DNA of 64,000 nucleotides from Trueperaceae bacterium. GTDB lineage: Bacteria; Deinococcota; Deinococci; Deinococcales; Trueperaceae. Positions 9,702-18,431 of this stretch are shown here, in pieces (position 1 is the stretch's first letter; each line of letters opens with the position of its first letter). Under the pieces are notes generated by a model. It was not told the DNA's origin. It saw nothing but the letters and a program-made list of their open reading frames with translations, and searched no databases. The DNA lies in NCBI GenBank assembly GCA_965214405.1, contig OZ243956.1, positions 1,856,001-1,920,000 on the forward strand. Direction: 5' to 3'. The translations under genes were made by a program, and so were the position numbers.

Positions 9702-10985
9702 TTGTCAGACGCTGTCGAAAACACCCTGTTGACCCGCGACCGGACGCGAACCGGCGTTGCCGAGCCGAGCGAGCCCTCTATCGGCGTTCCCAAAGCCGAG
9801 GACGTGTTCGGCAAGGCGTTCGCCTTTACCAGAGCCGACGAGGCGGCGGCGGCGGGGATGCACCCCTACTTTAAGCCCATCGCCGCGCAGCACGGGGGCT
9901 CGGTCAAGGTCAACGGGCGAGAAATGGTCATCACGGGCTCGAACGATTATCTGGGACTCACCCAGGACGCGCGTCTCAAGGAAGCCTCCAAAGACGCGCT
10001 CAACATTTTTGGCACCTCCTGCACCGGGTCGCGCTTTTTGACCGGCACGCTGACGCTCCACGAAACGCTCGAGCACCGCCTCGCGGACTTTTTGGAAACC
10101 GAAGCGGCCTTGACCTTTAGCGCGGGGTATTTAGGCTCGCTCGCGGTGCTGAGCGCCCTGGCGGGCCGCCACGACGTGCTCTACTTCGACCGCGAGAACC
10201 ACGCGTGTCTTTACGACGGGGCCAGGCTCTCGTTCGGCACGCTCCGCAAGTTTGAACATAACGACCTGGGTGATTTGGAGCGGCTGCTCGAGAAAGACAA
10301 GGGCAAACCGGGTGGCCGCATGATCGTTACCGACGGCGTTTTCTCGATGAGCGGCCACATCGCCAACCTGCCCGGTCTGGTCGAGCTGGCGCGGGCTTAC
10401 GGGGCCAGAATCGTCGTGGACGACGCGCACGCGACGGGCGTGTTGGGCGCGCACGGGCGCGGGACGGCGGAGTATTTCGGGCTCGAGGATGAAGTTGACT
10501 TGATTATCGGCACCTTTTCAAAGTCGTTCGCCTCGGTGGGCGGTTTCATGGCGGGCCAGCGCGCGGTGGTCAATTTTGTCAAACATAAAGCGCGGCCCTT
10601 TATCTTTACCGCGGCCCTGCCCGCCATGCAGATGGCCGCCGCGTTAGAAGCGCTCACCATTATGGAGAGCGAGCCCTGGCACCGCGAACGCTTATGGGAA
10701 AACGTCGACCGCTTTCGCGGCGGCGTGGACGCGCTCGGCTTCAACACGTTGGGCTCCGAAACGCCCATTATCCCCGTGCTCGTCGGCCCCGACGACCTCA
10801 CCATGATGTTCTGGCGCGGGTTGTGGGACGAGGGCGTCTTTACCACGCCCGCGCTGCCGCCCGGCGTGCCCGTGGGCCAGAGCATCATTCGCACCTCGGT
10901 CAATGCCAACCACACCGAAGCGCAGCTCGACAGGCTTTTGGGCGCATTCTCCACCGTCGGCAAACGGCTGGGCGTTATAAGCTAA
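9702..10985 (+). CDS. spt: Serine palmitoyltransferase-like PLP-dependent alpha-oxoamine synthase
   Basis: GSNDYLGL, GTSCTGSRFLTGT, NHACLYDG, DGVFSM, DDAH and PLP-lysine motif GTFSKS. GGAGG precedes TTG 9702. Adjacent to a bCerS-like gene. Confidence 0.8.
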   Translation: MSDAVENTLLTRDRTRTGVAEPSEPSIGVPKAEDVFGKAFAFTRADEAAAAGMHPYFKPIAAQHGGSVKVNGREMVITGSNDYLGLTQDARLKEASKDALNIFGTSCTGSRFLTGTLTLHETLEHRLADFLETEAALTFSAGYLGSLAVLSALAGRHDVLYFDRENHACLYDGARLSFGTLRKFEHNDLGDLERLLEKDKGKPGGRMIVTDGVFSMSGHIANLPGLVELARAYGARIVVDDAHATGVLGAHGRGTAEYFGLEDEVDLIIGTFSKSFASVGGFMAGQRAVVNFVKHKARPFIFTAALPAMQMAAALEALTIMESEPWHRERLWENVDRFRGGVDALGFNTLGSETPIIPVLVGPDDLTMMFWRGLWDEGVFTTPALPPGVPVGQSIIRTSVNANHTEAQLDRLLGAFSTVGKRLGVIS

Positions 10986-11023
10986 GCGCGCACCTTTACA
11001 GTTGACGCTTACGGCTAACATCT

Positions 11024-12205
11024 ATGGTTGAAACACGAGTTGAAGCACAGGGGGAGTACGACCCAACGCGCGGCGCTGAGGAAGGCTGGGGCAGCGTTCG
11101 GATATGTGGGGTGGGCTCGAGGGCCGACCTCAGACGTTTCATCAACTACCCGTACCAAAAATACAAGAATGACCCTCGCTGGGTGCCGCCGCTTCGCATA
11201 AGCGAGTGGGAGCGGTTCAATCCCAAGAAAAACCCCTTTTACGCGCACGCCCGCATGGACCTCCTTTTGGCAGAGCGTAACGGTGAGGTCGTCGGGCGCG
11301 TCGCGGCCATTGACGACGACCTTCATAACCAGACGCACGGGGACAATTTAGCGTTTTTCGGCTTTCTCGAGGCGGCGGACGAAGCGGTCGCGGGGGCGCT
11401 CCTGACGCACGTCGAGGCCTGGGCCAAAGACTTAGGCAGAAGCGCCCTGCGCGGCCCCGCCAACCCCTCGATGAACGACGGCGCGGGTTTCCAGATTGAC
11501 GCCTTTGACACCGACCCTTACGTGATGATGCCCAGCAACCCGCCCGAGTATCCGCAGTACGTCGAGCACCTGGGCTATCACAAAGCCAAAGACCTCTACG
11601 CCTGGATGTTCGACCACTATAAGAGCGACTTTGCAAGATTGCACCGCCTCGCCGAGCGGGCGAAAAAGCGCTATCCGCTTACCGTACGCACCCCCGACGT
11701 CAAACGGCACTTCGAGGAGGAACTGGGCGTCGTCAAGCATTTTTACAACGAGGTCTGGGAAAATAACTGGGGCTTCGTCAAATATACGGACGCTGAGTTT
11801 GACCAGCTCGCGGCGGAACTTAAACTCATCGTCGACCCCGACGTAGTGATTTTTTTGGAAATCGGGGGCGAGGTGGCGGGTTTGGCGCTCGTCTTGCCCA
11901 ACCTCAATCAGGTGTTCAAAAAGATGAACGGGCGGCTCTTGCCCTTTGGCTTCGCCCATTACCTAAACCGAAAGAGGATTATCAGCGAAGCTCGCTTGCC
12001 GATTCTCGGGGTGGTCCCTGAGCACCGGCGCAAGGGATTAGAGCTCGTCCTTATCGACGAGGTGATTAAGCGCACTCGGGCCAAGGGTTACATGCGCGGC
12101 GAATGCTCGTGGATTTTGGAAGACAACAGCGAGATGAATAAGGGCATCGCCGCGGCGGGCGCGGAGTTATACAAAAAGTACCGCATCTATCAAAAGGAGC
12201 TTTAG
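11024..12205 (+). CDS. GNAT-fold N-acyltransferase resembling bacterial ceramide synthase (bCerS)
   Basis: FINYPY..Y..DPRWVPPL, KNPF, GRVAA, FGFLE, KAKDLYAW, NNWGFV, GRLLPFG and ECSWILEDN; about 390 aa; directly downstream of spt. Confidence 0.75.
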   Translation: MVETRVEAQGEYDPTRGAEEGWGSVRICGVGSRADLRRFINYPYQKYKNDPRWVPPLRISEWERFNPKKNPFYAHARMDLLLAERNGEVVGRVAAIDDDLHNQTHGDNLAFFGFLEAADEAVAGALLTHVEAWAKDLGRSALRGPANPSMNDGAGFQIDAFDTDPYVMMPSNPPEYPQYVEHLGYHKAKDLYAWMFDHYKSDFARLHRLAERAKKRYPLTVRTPDVKRHFEEELGVVKHFYNEVWENNWGFVKYTDAEFDQLAAELKLIVDPDVVIFLEIGGEVAGLALVLPNLNQVFKKMNGRLLPFGFAHYLNRKRIISEARLPILGVVPEHRRKGLELVLIDEVIKRTRAKGYMRGECSWILEDNSEMNKGIAAAGAELYKKYRIYQKEL

Positions 12206-12256
12206 CCCTTCTTACGTGAACTTCCTCGAGCCTATTCCCCTTTCGCATCCCCCTCT

Positions 12257-13036
12257 GTGAAACGTTCCCGTCCCTCTCACACAGCGACACGAATAGCACA
12301 GCTTCCCCTTTTGCGAGATGTTCGCGCGCTCCTTAGCCAACGTCACAACACCCTAGAGGGCACCTCCACTTTCAAGCTGAGCGCGTACTTTTTGGCAGCA
12401 CTCCTCTTACAGATTGCCTACTGGTACCTCGCGGTTCCCGGTCCTCATTTGTTGGGGGACGCGCCGCGTACATTAGCGAGCGCGCTGTCAATCGTCGGCT
12501 GGACCTTTGGGCTCTTTTTCGTGGTGCCCCTCCTGCTCATGGCGCTCTTTAGAGACGCGCCGCGGCGGGTGGTCTGGGGGCTCGGCGACGTGCGCTTCGG
12601 CGTGCTCCTCACGCTCATTGGCGGAACCGTCGCCGCGGGGCTCATGTATATCGGCGCGACCGACGCGGCGCTTCAGGCGACCTATCCGTGGGCGGGGGCC
12701 TGGCCGGGGCGTTCGGGCGGCACGCTCGCGGCGTGGTTCGGGTTGCGGCTGGTCTACTACGTGTCGTTCGAGTTCTTTTTTCGCGGCTTTATGCTGCGCG
12801 GGCTCGCGCCCTTTTGGGGTCTCGGCACCGCGCTGTGGGTGCAGGCGCTCTCGTCGGTGCTGATTCACGTCGGCAGCCCCCTGCCCGAACTCTTGGGCGC
12901 GATTCCCGCGGGGCTTCTTTTCGGCGTGGTGGCGGTGCGCGGGCGTTCGCTCTTGTGGCCCATCCTGCTCCACCTGATTATCGGCTTTTCAACCGATATC
13001 TTTTCGCTGCTGCATCAGGGGCTCTTGCTACAGTGA
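12257..13036 (+). CDS. CPBP (CAAX/Abi) family intramembrane glutamic endopeptidase-like protein
   Basis: Multiple TM helices; (F)EFFFRG, LIH and LLH motifs. Confidence 0.8.
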   Translation: MKRSRPSHTATRIAQLPLLRDVRALLSQRHNTLEGTSTFKLSAYFLAALLLQIAYWYLAVPGPHLLGDAPRTLASALSIVGWTFGLFFVVPLLLMALFRDAPRRVVWGLGDVRFGVLLTLIGGTVAAGLMYIGATDAALQATYPWAGAWPGRSGGTLAAWFGLRLVYYVSFEFFFRGFMLRGLAPFWGLGTALWVQALSSVLIHVGSPLPELLGAIPAGLLFGVVAVRGRSLLWPILLHLIIGFSTDIFSLLHQGLLLQ

Positions 13037-13102
13037 AGCGCGTGAGCATTAGAAAGCCGATTTTTATGCCTGGTCGACAAGTTGGTTTGTGCTGCACTCC
13101 GA

Positions 13103-13180
13103 GATCCCCCCTGGCCCCCCTTGTTAAGGGGGGAACTGCGTGCGTTCAAGTCCCCCTTAACAAGGGGGATTTAGGGGGAG
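13103..13180. repeat. REP/short-dispersed-repeat-like double hairpin
   Basis: TCCCCCCTGG-CCCCCCTT-GTT-AAGGGGGG ... TCCCCCTT-AAC-AAGGGGGA-TTTAGGGGGA: nested G/C-run hairpins. Confidence 0.75.
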
Positions 13181-13277
13181 CCACACACCGAAAAGCAAAG
13201 AGCCTCAGGATTCATCAGCGTGAGTAGAAAAGGCAGTTGGTGAACATGATCTCGAGAACCGCGACACTCAAAACCTT

Positions 13278-14288
13278 GTGAAGGCGCTCGTCACGGGCGC
13301 GCACGGCTTTATCGGCTCCCATCTCTGCGAGCGGTTGCTGGCGGCGGGCTTTGAGTCCAAGGCGCTGGTGAGCCCCTGGGGAAGCGTGGAGAATCTGGCG
13401 GCGGTGCGGGACAAGCTCGAGCTCCTCCGCGCCGACATCACCGACGAAAATCAACTGAAGGGCGTTTGTGACGGTGTAGACGTCGTGTTTCACGCGGCGG
13501 CGAGGGTGGCCGACTGGGGACCGTGGGAGGCGTTTTATAAAACCAACGTGCTGGGCACGCAAAACCTGCTGCGCGAGGCCGAGCGGGCCGGGGTGGGGCG
13601 CTTTGTGCTCGTCTCGAGCGTGGCCGTCTTCCCCTACACGGGCTTCCGCAACGCCGACGCGCGCCTCCTGAAGCGCAAAGTTATGGCTGATGACAACAAC
13701 CTTTATGGTGGTGAGGCCTACGCCCGTTCGAAAATCGCCGCCGAGGATAGGGTGATGGGGGCGGGGCGTGAGGGGAGGCTCGAGGGCGTCGTCGTCCGCC
13801 CCGGCCTCCTGCCCTTCGGCCCGCGCGACGCCAACTTTGCGCGGGTGGTGGGGGCCTTGAAGCGTGGGCTGCTTCCGCTGATTGACGGCGGGCGGGCGGT
13901 CATAAACACGGCGTATGTGGAAAATCTGTTTGAAGGACTCCTTTTGGCGGGCACGGTGCCGGAGGCCGCTGGAAAGTCTTACGTCATTGCGGACGCGGGC
14001 GGCGCAAGCTGGCGTGACTTCTTCGGGGCGCTCGCCGAACTTCTGGACGTCCCTAAGCCGCGCCTTGGCTTACTTGGCGCGTTGCCGAGCGCCGCCGCGC
14101 GTCCTGTAGAAGCCCTATGGGCGGGACTGGCGCCCAAAACCGAGCCTCCCTTAACGCGCTACCGCGCGGACCTGATGCGGCGGGACGTGCACTTTTCGCT
14201 TCAACACGCGTGTGACGAGCTGGGATATAGGCCGCGGGTCGCGTGGCGAGAGGGCTTAGCGCGCACAGTCGCGGCGTTGGGGGCGTGA
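13278..14288 (+). CDS. NAD-dependent epimerase/dehydratase (extended SDR); candidate 3-keto/ceramide reductase
   Basis: TGAHGFIG, VFHAAA, VSSVA and YARSK (YxxxK). The functional call is from context only. Confidence 0.8.
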   Translation: MKALVTGAHGFIGSHLCERLLAAGFESKALVSPWGSVENLAAVRDKLELLRADITDENQLKGVCDGVDVVFHAAARVADWGPWEAFYKTNVLGTQNLLREAERAGVGRFVLVSSVAVFPYTGFRNADARLLKRKVMADDNNLYGGEAYARSKIAAEDRVMGAGREGRLEGVVVRPGLLPFGPRDANFARVVGALKRGLLPLIDGGRAVINTAYVENLFEGLLLAGTVPEAAGKSYVIADAGGASWRDFFGALAELLDVPKPRLGLLGALPSAAARPVEALWAGLAPKTEPPLTRYRADLMRRDVHFSLQHACDELGYRPRVAWREGLARTVAALGA

Positions 14289-14570
14289 GACTGGGGTTTT
14301 TATTTACAACCAAGCGTCGTCTGAAGGGCTCGCGCGAACAAGTCCATACGGTGTGACACCATGTGGCGACCTCACGCGCGTTCTACAGCGGGTCGCGTAA
14401 ATGAGGGCACAGAGCGCGGATAGCACGTCCTAAACTCCCTCTCACACAGGCGTTTATAAACCATATTTACTCAAAAGGGAGGCTACATACTATGAGTCCT
14501 GAACAGAAGCGCGTTGGCTGAACCTCGCTCACAGGGATGACAAGGGCTGTACCTGCTACAATTGTGCGCT

Positions 14571-15761
14571 ATGACCGCTCGAGCCGCCCCAGCCCACAAT
14601 CCCAAGATTCTCTTTGCGACCATCGCCGCGGGCGGCTCGCACGTGAGCAGCGCGGAGGCGATGAAAGAGGCGTTGGGGGCGCATTATCCTGAGCGGTTTG
14701 GGCTCGAGCTTTACGAACCCATGAAGGCTTACGGTTTCGACGCGCTCGACACCCGCCACAAGGAGTCGTGGCGCTGGGCGCTCGCGCACCCCTGGACGGT
14801 GGTCTGGGGCCAGCGCGTCATCGACCGCGCGCCGCGCTTGTCCTTGGCGTTTCACCGCCGGATGCTGCGCCCCTTTGCGGCTCGAGCCGCCGAGGCGTTA
14901 CGTCAAAACCCTCCCAACCTCATCGTCGTCAACCACGGCTGGCTCACCGTGGCCCTGACGATAAGCCAGCGTGATTTCGGCCTGCACGTGCCCGTGCTTA
15001 CCTTTCAAACCTCGACCCTGGACGTGACCGCGCTGTGGGCCGACCCCGACGCGGAGCGCTTTTTGGTGGGCTCGCCGGTCGCCAGAAACGGGCTCATCAA
15101 ACTGGGTGTAAGCGGCGACAAAATCGACGTGGTCGGCTACCCGGTCCGCCAATCTTTTCTAAACGCTCCCGGTAAATCCGAGGCGCGGGCCAAACTGGGC
15201 CTCGCCGACACCTTTACCTGCCTCGTCTCGCTCGGCGGCGAGGGCGTCGGCGGCAACCCGGAGGAGGTCGTGGCGGCGCTCCGCACGCTGCCCTTTGTGC
15301 AGGTGGTGGTGATTGCGGGTCGCAACGAGGCGCTCAAAGCGGCGCTCCAGACCTGGTCGGCCGACCCGCTGGTGCGCGTGGAGGGCTTTGTCGACAATAT
15401 GGCCGACTTCGTCGCCGCCTGCGACTTAGTGATTGGCAAAACGGGTCCCGCCGCGGTGTTTGAAACCCTGGCGGTGGGCCGTCCTATGCTGGCGACCCGC
15501 AAGTCGGGCGGTGTCGAGAATTTATTTATTCGTTTTTTGGAGGACAAGGGGCTGGGGCACTACACCCCGACGATGGGCGCGCTTTTGGAGACGGTGCGCC
15601 TTTACCATGCGGCACCCGAAAAACTTGAAGAGGTGGCCTCGAGCGCCGCCGCGCTCGACTTTCCCGGCATGAACGCGCGCGTCGCCGACTACCTCGCCCA
15701 CTACGCGGTGACCGGCGAACCCGACCTCTCGCTGCGGGGCAAGGGTATCGTCTGGACATGA
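14571..15761 (+). CDS. GT28 / MGDG-synthase-like glycosyltransferase
   Basis: AGGSH near the N-terminus, GYPVR, SLGGEG, AGRN and GFVDNM..ACDLVIGKTG. Confidence 0.85.
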   Translation: MTARAAPAHNPKILFATIAAGGSHVSSAEAMKEALGAHYPERFGLELYEPMKAYGFDALDTRHKESWRWALAHPWTVVWGQRVIDRAPRLSLAFHRRMLRPFAARAAEALRQNPPNLIVVNHGWLTVALTISQRDFGLHVPVLTFQTSTLDVTALWADPDAERFLVGSPVARNGLIKLGVSGDKIDVVGYPVRQSFLNAPGKSEARAKLGLADTFTCLVSLGGEGVGGNPEEVVAALRTLPFVQVVVIAGRNEALKAALQTWSADPLVRVEGFVDNMADFVAACDLVIGKTGPAAVFETLAVGRPMLATRKSGGVENLFIRFLEDKGLGHYTPTMGALLETVRLYHAAPEKLEEVASSAAALDFPGMNARVADYLAHYAVTGEPDLSLRGKGIVWT

Positions 15762-15853
15762 CGCAACCGTCTTCTAGACGTACGTTGATAAAGTATGACG
15801 CAGCCTTTTAGCTTTGACTCGGCGCAAGTCAACCCAACCATGAAGAGCCGCGC

Positions 15854-16867
15854 GTGAATAGGCGCGTCTGGGGCGCGCTTCTCCTCTCGACCGCGCTGGG
15901 CCTCGGGAGTCTCTGGCTGGTGTTGCCCAGCGCCTTTAGCGCGAGCGCGCTGAACTCGCTTCGGGGCTTGCGCTGGGGCTATCTGGGATTGGCGGTGGGC
16001 CTCATCCTCGTGTGGTGGGGGGTGTCCGGCTGGCGTATGGCGCTGCTCGTACGGACGTTGGGGTCAGAAATTACGCTCTGGCAGGGCGTACAAACGCACC
16101 TCATCGGCACCTTTTCCGCCGCCGTGAGCCCGTCGGGGGGGGGCAACTCGGTCGGCATCTCCTGGCTCCTCACGCGCTTTGGCGTGCCGCTCCAGCGCGC
16201 GGTGGTCGTGTCGGTGCTGCTCGCGGTGCTCGATATGGCGTTTTTTGCGCTGGCGGTGCCTCTTTCGTTTTTGTACCTGCTCACGCAGGGCGTCCGCATT
16301 CCGATTGACAACGCGGGCGCTTTTGTCATTCCCTTTTCGCTCGCCGCGCTCGGCCTCTCTTACGTGCTCGTGTTTCGGCTGCGCTACGTGACGAGTTTTC
16401 TCAAGACACTCCTGCGGCTGCCCCTCCTGACGCGTTTCGAGGCGACCCTCAGCGGGTTTTTGGACGACCTCGAGCTTGCCAGTCGCTCGTTTGCCGCCAC
16501 CTCCCTCACGCTCCACGCGAGCCTCTACGCCCTGACCATCGCCGTAAGGGTACTCTTTTTCGCGCTGCTCAACGTCACGCTGGTCGCCGTACATGTAGAC
16601 GTCAACCAGGGCGCGGTTTTCGCGCTGCAAATGGTCGTCCACGCTTTCGCCTTTTTGGTGCCGACGCCGGGCGCGAGCGGCTATCAGGAGGCCGCCTATT
16701 CGCTGCTCCTCAAGGGAAGCGGCAACGTGGGCGCGCTCTCGCTCGGCATCTTGCTGTGGCGGTTTCTCACCTTTTATATCTACTTTGTGTTGGGTCCCCC
16801 CATCGGCGGCTCCGCCCTCTTCCGGCCCCGCCCCAAAGCCCCGACGCCTCCGGGAGACGCGCTGTAA
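15854..16867 (+). CDS. Lysylphosphatidylglycerol-synthase TM domain (UPF0104) flippase-like membrane protein
   Basis: Many TM helices; SPSGGG, PTPGASGYQE and LWRFLTFY motifs. Confidence 0.85.
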   Translation: MNRRVWGALLLSTALGLGSLWLVLPSAFSASALNSLRGLRWGYLGLAVGLILVWWGVSGWRMALLVRTLGSEITLWQGVQTHLIGTFSAAVSPSGGGNSVGISWLLTRFGVPLQRAVVVSVLLAVLDMAFFALAVPLSFLYLLTQGVRIPIDNAGAFVIPFSLAALGLSYVLVFRLRYVTSFLKTLLRLPLLTRFEATLSGFLDDLELASRSFAATSLTLHASLYALTIAVRVLFFALLNVTLVAVHVDVNQGAVFALQMVVHAFAFLVPTPGASGYQEAAYSLLLKGSGNVGALSLGILLWRFLTFYIYFVLGPPIGGSALFRPRPKAPTPPGDAL

Positions 16868-17425
16868 CTGAAGCTTAGGCGTCCTCGAGCCCTGCCAGAT
16901 ACCGGTCCGGCCTTACGCTTGACCCAACAGCAGGGTAAAAGCAGCGTTTTAGGTCGTGCTGACATCCGCCCTTTGAGAAAATTGTTCAAGCTCGAGACGC
17001 GGCCAATCCGCGCTCCGCAGACCTTCCTAATCCTCATGTCTTGCATTTATACAAAACCGCGCGAGAAACGGGTTTTCTTACTCCGGATAGCTGAGGCGGT
17101 TTTCTCCGTTTTCTCGTGTGTGACGTTTGAATCACAAGTTTCTCAGGAGTCGCAGCACACGTTTTCTGCATAAAGTCTGGCCTCTTGAATAGTTGCAAGA
17201 CATAAGTAATCCTTACTTCTCCACTCTCACTTCTCGCGCACAGTGCAATAAGATTCGTGGCGGAAGGTTTGAAAAGTCAACAAAACCCGGTTGCGCGGCG
17301 CTCATCTCTATCAAACGCTCCCAAAAAGACTTGATAATAAAAGCCTGGCGCAGGGTATAACATCTTAGATGCCCGCAGACACACCTTTTAGCCTGATTGG
17401 CCTGACGACCTGTGAAAGGACCCGT

Positions 17426-17527
17426 ATGAAAGCGCGTGGTTGGGAACCGGAACGTCCAGCACTCGAGCAGATCGTCCCAACGACCCCGACGCCGGGGTTT
17501 CGAAGACGGCTCGAGCCCTCCAGATGA
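17426..17527 (+). CDS. 33-aa small ORF coupled to the downstream SDR (leader peptide or gene remnant)
   Basis: AAAGGA RBS, ATG 17426; its TGA overlaps the SDR ATG (ATGA at 17524-17527). Confidence 0.4.
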   Translation: MKARGWEPERPALEQIVPTTPTPGFRRRLEPSR

Positions 17528-18300
17528 ACACCCAGGCGTTGCGAGAGCGGTTTTCCTTGGAGGGCAAGCGCGCGCTGGTTACGGGCGGCTCCAAGGGCAT
17601 CGGCGCGGTCACGGCGCGGGTGCTCGCCGAAGCGGGGGCCGACGTAGCGGTGGTGGGCCGTGACCGTGAGGGATTAGCAGCCAGCGCCGAGAGGGTGAGA
17701 GAAACCGGTAGAACGTGCCTCACCATTGAAGCCGACTTGAGCACGGTGGACGGTCCCGAAAAAACGGCCCAGGCGGCTCTCAACGAATTCGGTCGCGTGG
17801 ACATCCTCGTGAACAACGCCGGGATTGCGCTCCTTGCGCCGCTGCTCGAGCTCTCCACCCAAGAGTGGGACGAGACGCTGGCCGTCAACTTACGCAGCCC
17901 CTTTTTGCTGGCTAAGCTTCTCGCGCCCGCCATGATCGAGGGCGGCGGCGGGAAGATTGTCAACGTCTCCTCGCAGGCGGGGTTCGGCGCGTTAGAAGGT
18001 CACGCGGCCTACTCGGCCTCGAAAGGCGGGCTGAACATGCTCACCAAAACGATGGCCCTAGAATGGGGGCCTCACAACATCAACACCAACGCCGTCGCCC
18101 CCACCGTCATCCTTACGCCGATGGGCGAGAAAAACTGGGGCGACCCCGCCAAAAGCGAGCCCATGCTCGCAAAAATACCGCTGGGCCGCTTTGGGACGCC
18201 CACCAACGTCGCCGACCTCATCTTGTTCTTGGCGTCGCCCGCTGCGGACATGATCTGCGGCGAGGTTGTTTATATCGACGGCGGCTATACAGCGCTGTAA
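17524..18300 (+). CDS. Classical SDR oxidoreductase (sugar/polyol dehydrogenase-like)
   Basis: TGGSKGIG, NNAG, VSSQA, YSASK, APTVILTPMG and IDGGY. Confidence 0.9.
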   Translation: MNTQALRERFSLEGKRALVTGGSKGIGAVTARVLAEAGADVAVVGRDREGLAASAERVRETGRTCLTIEADLSTVDGPEKTAQAALNEFGRVDILVNNAGIALLAPLLELSTQEWDETLAVNLRSPFLLAKLLAPAMIEGGGGKIVNVSSQAGFGALEGHAAYSASKGGLNMLTKTMALEWGPHNINTNAVAPTVILTPMGEKNWGDPAKSEPMLAKIPLGRFGTPTNVADLILFLASPAADMICGEVVYIDGGYTAL

Positions 18301-18431
18301 GTGTTATAGCAGGCTCACCCCCCAGCCCACGTCCCAGTGACGCAGTTAATTATGCAGTCCGTTGTCTAGCGGCGGTCACGTACAGACTGAACTTCTCTCA
18401 AACTGGATGATGCCCGTTAAAGGAGATAGAA

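Noticed and set aside
9702..10985. BioF or Kbl annotation
   Set aside because: No bio or tdh genes are adjacent, and motifs plus the bCerS-like neighbour favour SPT. Not formally excluded without a phylogeny.
12257..13036. Abortive-infection defence gene
   Set aside because: The Abi label of the CPBP family does not imply phage defence, and the context is lipid metabolism.
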